From NCBI GenBank assembly GCA_017550115.1, contig JAFYLR010000016.1, forward strand, positions 1-56,804: a DNA stretch of 56,804 nucleotides, written 5' to 3'. This stretch comes from Clostridia bacterium (lineage in GTDB: Bacteria > Bacillota > Clostridia > Oscillospirales > CAG-272). Made by a program: the position numbers and the translations under genes. Below are positions 55,128 to 56,804 of the stretch, in pieces. The notes beneath the pieces were generated by a model. It had not been told where the DNA came from, searched no databases, and saw nothing but the letters and a program-made list of their open reading frames with translations. How positions within the stretch are numbered: position 1 is the stretch's first letter; every line of letters starts with the position of its first letter.

Positions 55128-56186
55128 ATGCGTAATTACAATTATAAAGACGAGTGGGAGAAGCTGCTTATTCCCGAAGTGGTATCTCTGTTGACACAGA
55201 TTCACGAATACAAAGGCGAACAGACCTTGTTTATAGGATCAAAGGCTGATACGTTAACCCAACTTGTTGAGATAGCAAAGATACAGAGCACGGAATCGTC
55301 GAATAAAATTGAAGGCATTTATACCTCTGATGAGAGGCTTAAGAGCTTGGTGGCAAACAAAACTACTCCTCGTACAAGGAATGAGCAAGAGATTGCCGGA
55401 TATCGCGATGTGCTTTCCACGATACATGAGAGTTATGATTTTATTCCCGTAAAACCGTCAATTATATTACAGCTTCATCGTGACTTGTATAAATTTAGTG
55501 GCAAGTCAATTGGTGGTTCATATAAAGCTACTGATAACGTGATTACTGAGGAAGACAGTGAAGGCAATAAATTCGTCCGTTTTCAGCCCGTTCCCGCTTT
55601 TGAAACAGCTACAGCAATCGATGGTGTTTGCGAAGCTTTTGATGAGGCTATAAATCAAACCGATGCTGATCCTCTTCTCATTATACCGATGTTTGTGCTC
55701 GACTTTTTGTGTATCCATCCCTTTAATGACGGAAACGGCAGAATGAGCAGATTGCTTACTATTTTGTTATTGTACCGTGCGGGATACATTGTGGGTAAAT
55801 ATGTAAGTATAGAGAAAATGATCGAGCAAACAAAGGAAACCTATTATGAGGCGCTCGGCAACAGCTCGGTGAACTGGCACGATGAGAAAAACGATTACGT
55901 TCCATTTGTACAGTATACACTTGGCGTTGTGCTTGCCGCATATCGCGAATTTTCCTCAAGAGTCAAGTTTATAGCAGCGAGCAATATGTCAAAGCCCGAA
56001 CGCATAAGAGAAATCATCAAAGAAACTCTTGGCAAAATAACAAAAACCGAAATTATGGAAAAATGTCCCGACATCAGCCAGGTTACAATACAGAGAGCTC
56101 TTAACGATTTGGTTAAAAGCAGAGAAATACTGAAGATTGGCGGCGGACGCTACACATCATATATGTGGAATCACGGAAAGGATTAA
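55128..56186 (+). CDS. Fic-family protein (Fic_N, Fic core and C-terminal wHTH)
   Basis: Active-site motif HPFNDGNGRMSRLL, and an N-terminal inhibitory-type motif SNKIEG, i.e. (S/T)xxxE(G/N). The C-terminal ...ITKTEIMEKCPDISQVTIQRALNDLVKSREI is wHTH-like. A consensus promoter (TTGACA, 17 nt, TATAAT) lies at 55069-55097. Confidence 0.85.
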   Translation: MRNYNYKDEWEKLLIPEVVSLLTQIHEYKGEQTLFIGSKADTLTQLVEIAKIQSTESSNKIEGIYTSDERLKSLVANKTTPRTRNEQEIAGYRDVLSTIHESYDFIPVKPSIILQLHRDLYKFSGKSIGGSYKATDNVITEEDSEGNKFVRFQPVPAFETATAIDGVCEAFDEAINQTDADPLLIIPMFVLDFLCIHPFNDGNGRMSRLLTILLLYRAGYIVGKYVSIEKMIEQTKETYYEALGNSSVNWHDEKNDYVPFVQYTLGVVLAAYREFSSRVKFIAASNMSKPERIREIIKETLGKITKTEIMEKCPDISQVTIQRALNDLVKSREILKIGGGRYTSYMWNHGKD

Positions 56187-56189
56187 AAA

Positions 56190-56804
56190 ATGATTACAGG
56201 AGAACTTAAAAATAGAATTGACGGACTTTGGGATGTGTTTGCGGCAGGTGGACTTGTTAATCCCCTCGACGTAATCGAGCAGGTCACATATTTGATGTTT
56301 ATTCGCGATCTTGACGACACAGATAATATCCGCGCCAAAGAAGCCGTTATGCTCGGACTTCCTCACAATAGCATCTTTGCTGAAAAAGTAAAGGTTGGCG
56401 ACCGCGAGATTGACGGCAACCAGCTCAAGTGGTCTGTGTTCCATGACTTTCCGGCTGGTAAGATGTACTCGACTGTTCAGGAATGGGTGTTCCCGTTTAT
56501 CAAGGGGCTTCACGATGATAAGGACAGCGCATATTCCAAATATATGGACGATGCTATTTTCAAAATCCCCACCCCTCTGCTTCTCGATAAGATCGTCACC
56601 ATTCTTGACGACATCTACGCACAGATGGCGCAGATCAAGGATAGCGACATTCGCGGTGATGTGTACGAGTATCTTCTCTCCAAAATCTCGCAGTCGGGTC
56701 TGAACGGTCAGTTCCGTACCCCTCGTCATATCATTCGTATGATGGTCGAGCTGATGGATCCGGGGGCTGATGAGATCATTTGCGACCCCGCGTGCGGTAC
56801 GTCG
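56190..56804 (+). CDS. hsdM: Type I restriction-modification methyltransferase subunit HsdM; N-terminal 205 codons, truncated by the window end
   Basis: Not in the track because the frame is open to the edge. Translation: MITGELKNRIDGLWDVFAAGGLVNPLDVIEQVTYLMFIRDLDD...GDVYEYLLSKISQSGLNGQFRTPRHIIRMMVELMDPGADEIICDPACGTS. This shows an HsdM_N domain, GQFRTPRHI, and motif I DPACGT. The start lies 3 nt after the Fic stop. Confidence 0.85.
   Translation, partial: MITGELKNRIDGLWDVFAAGGLVNPLDVIEQVTYLMFIRDLDDTDNIRAKEAVMLGLPHNSIFAEKVKVGDREIDGNQLKWSVFHDFPAGKMYSTVQEWVFPFIKGLHDDKDSAYSKYMDDAIFKIPTPLLLDKIVTILDDIYAQMAQIKDSDIRGDVYEYLLSKISQSGLNGQFRTPRHIIRMMVELMDPGADEIICDPACGTS

Larger units (their letters stand above)
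53439..56804 (+). mobile_element. tRNA-Val-associated integrative island; left end only, right end beyond the window
   Basis: The tRNA 3' end is duplicated. A tyrosine integrase follows immediately, then accessory cargo (Fic, type I R-M). The region looks more AT-rich than the flanking core genes by eye. Confidence 0.6.

Noticed and set aside
56157-56729. 190-aa minus-strand ORF at the window end
   Set aside because: It lies opposite an open plus-strand frame with unmistakable HsdM motifs (GQFRTPRHI, DPACGT) that the track omitted because it has no stop in the window.
1-56804. CRISPR arrays, rRNA genes, IS elements with transposases
   Set aside because: I saw no regularly spaced 25-40-nt direct repeats, no rRNA-like conserved blocks and no transposase-like ORFs. 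The only repeat structures found are the LRR tandem duplication, the att duplication and the gene-tail remnant.

Overview
This window looks like a chromosomal segment of a spore-forming Firmicute, probably class Clostridia. The evidence is yqfC-yqfD-phoH-ybeY-era-recO synteny, a ylbJ-like gene, a Prp-processed L27, SLH and BspA-type LRR surface proteins, sigma-A TTGACA-17-TATAAT promoters and GGAGG ribosome-binding sites (RBS).

Most of it is housekeeping:
- a seven-gene glycogen cluster: glgB-glgC-glgD-glgA-glgP, a GH13 enzyme and a small membrane protein
- a DUF3006-plsY-methyltransferase-folC operon, and pyk
- rplU-prp-rpmA, prs and mutS2
- a preQ1-I riboswitch in front of queT
- an Ldh_2 / malic enzyme / DUF1846 cluster, mscL, tRNA-Lys(UUU) and tRNA-Val(GAC)

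The accessory or unusual loci are:
1. A visibly AT-rich module between two terminators. It holds an XRE repressor, two perfect palindromic operators over a consensus promoter, an unlisted 57-aa six-Cys ORF and a Sel1-repeat protein.
2. A PduL / extended IscU-like / GGGtGRT operon. It is followed by a structured insert of about 80 nt and a diverged duplicate of the gene's last 11 codons.
3. Two adjacent G3E/COG0523-type genes. One has a duplicated Cys/His-rich insert. The other has a degenerate GTPase domain fused to a TCC-motif C-terminal domain. A Fur-family-like palindrome overlaps the -10 of the upstream promoter.
4. An unlisted, self-contained 38-aa acidic peptide gene.
5. An integrative island at tRNA-Val, marked by a duplicated tRNA 3' end. 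It carries a tyrosine integrase, a class-II Fic protein and a type I R-M hsdM that runs off the window.

I saw no CRISPR array or rRNA. All family assignments rest on motif recognition by eye; no database search was run.
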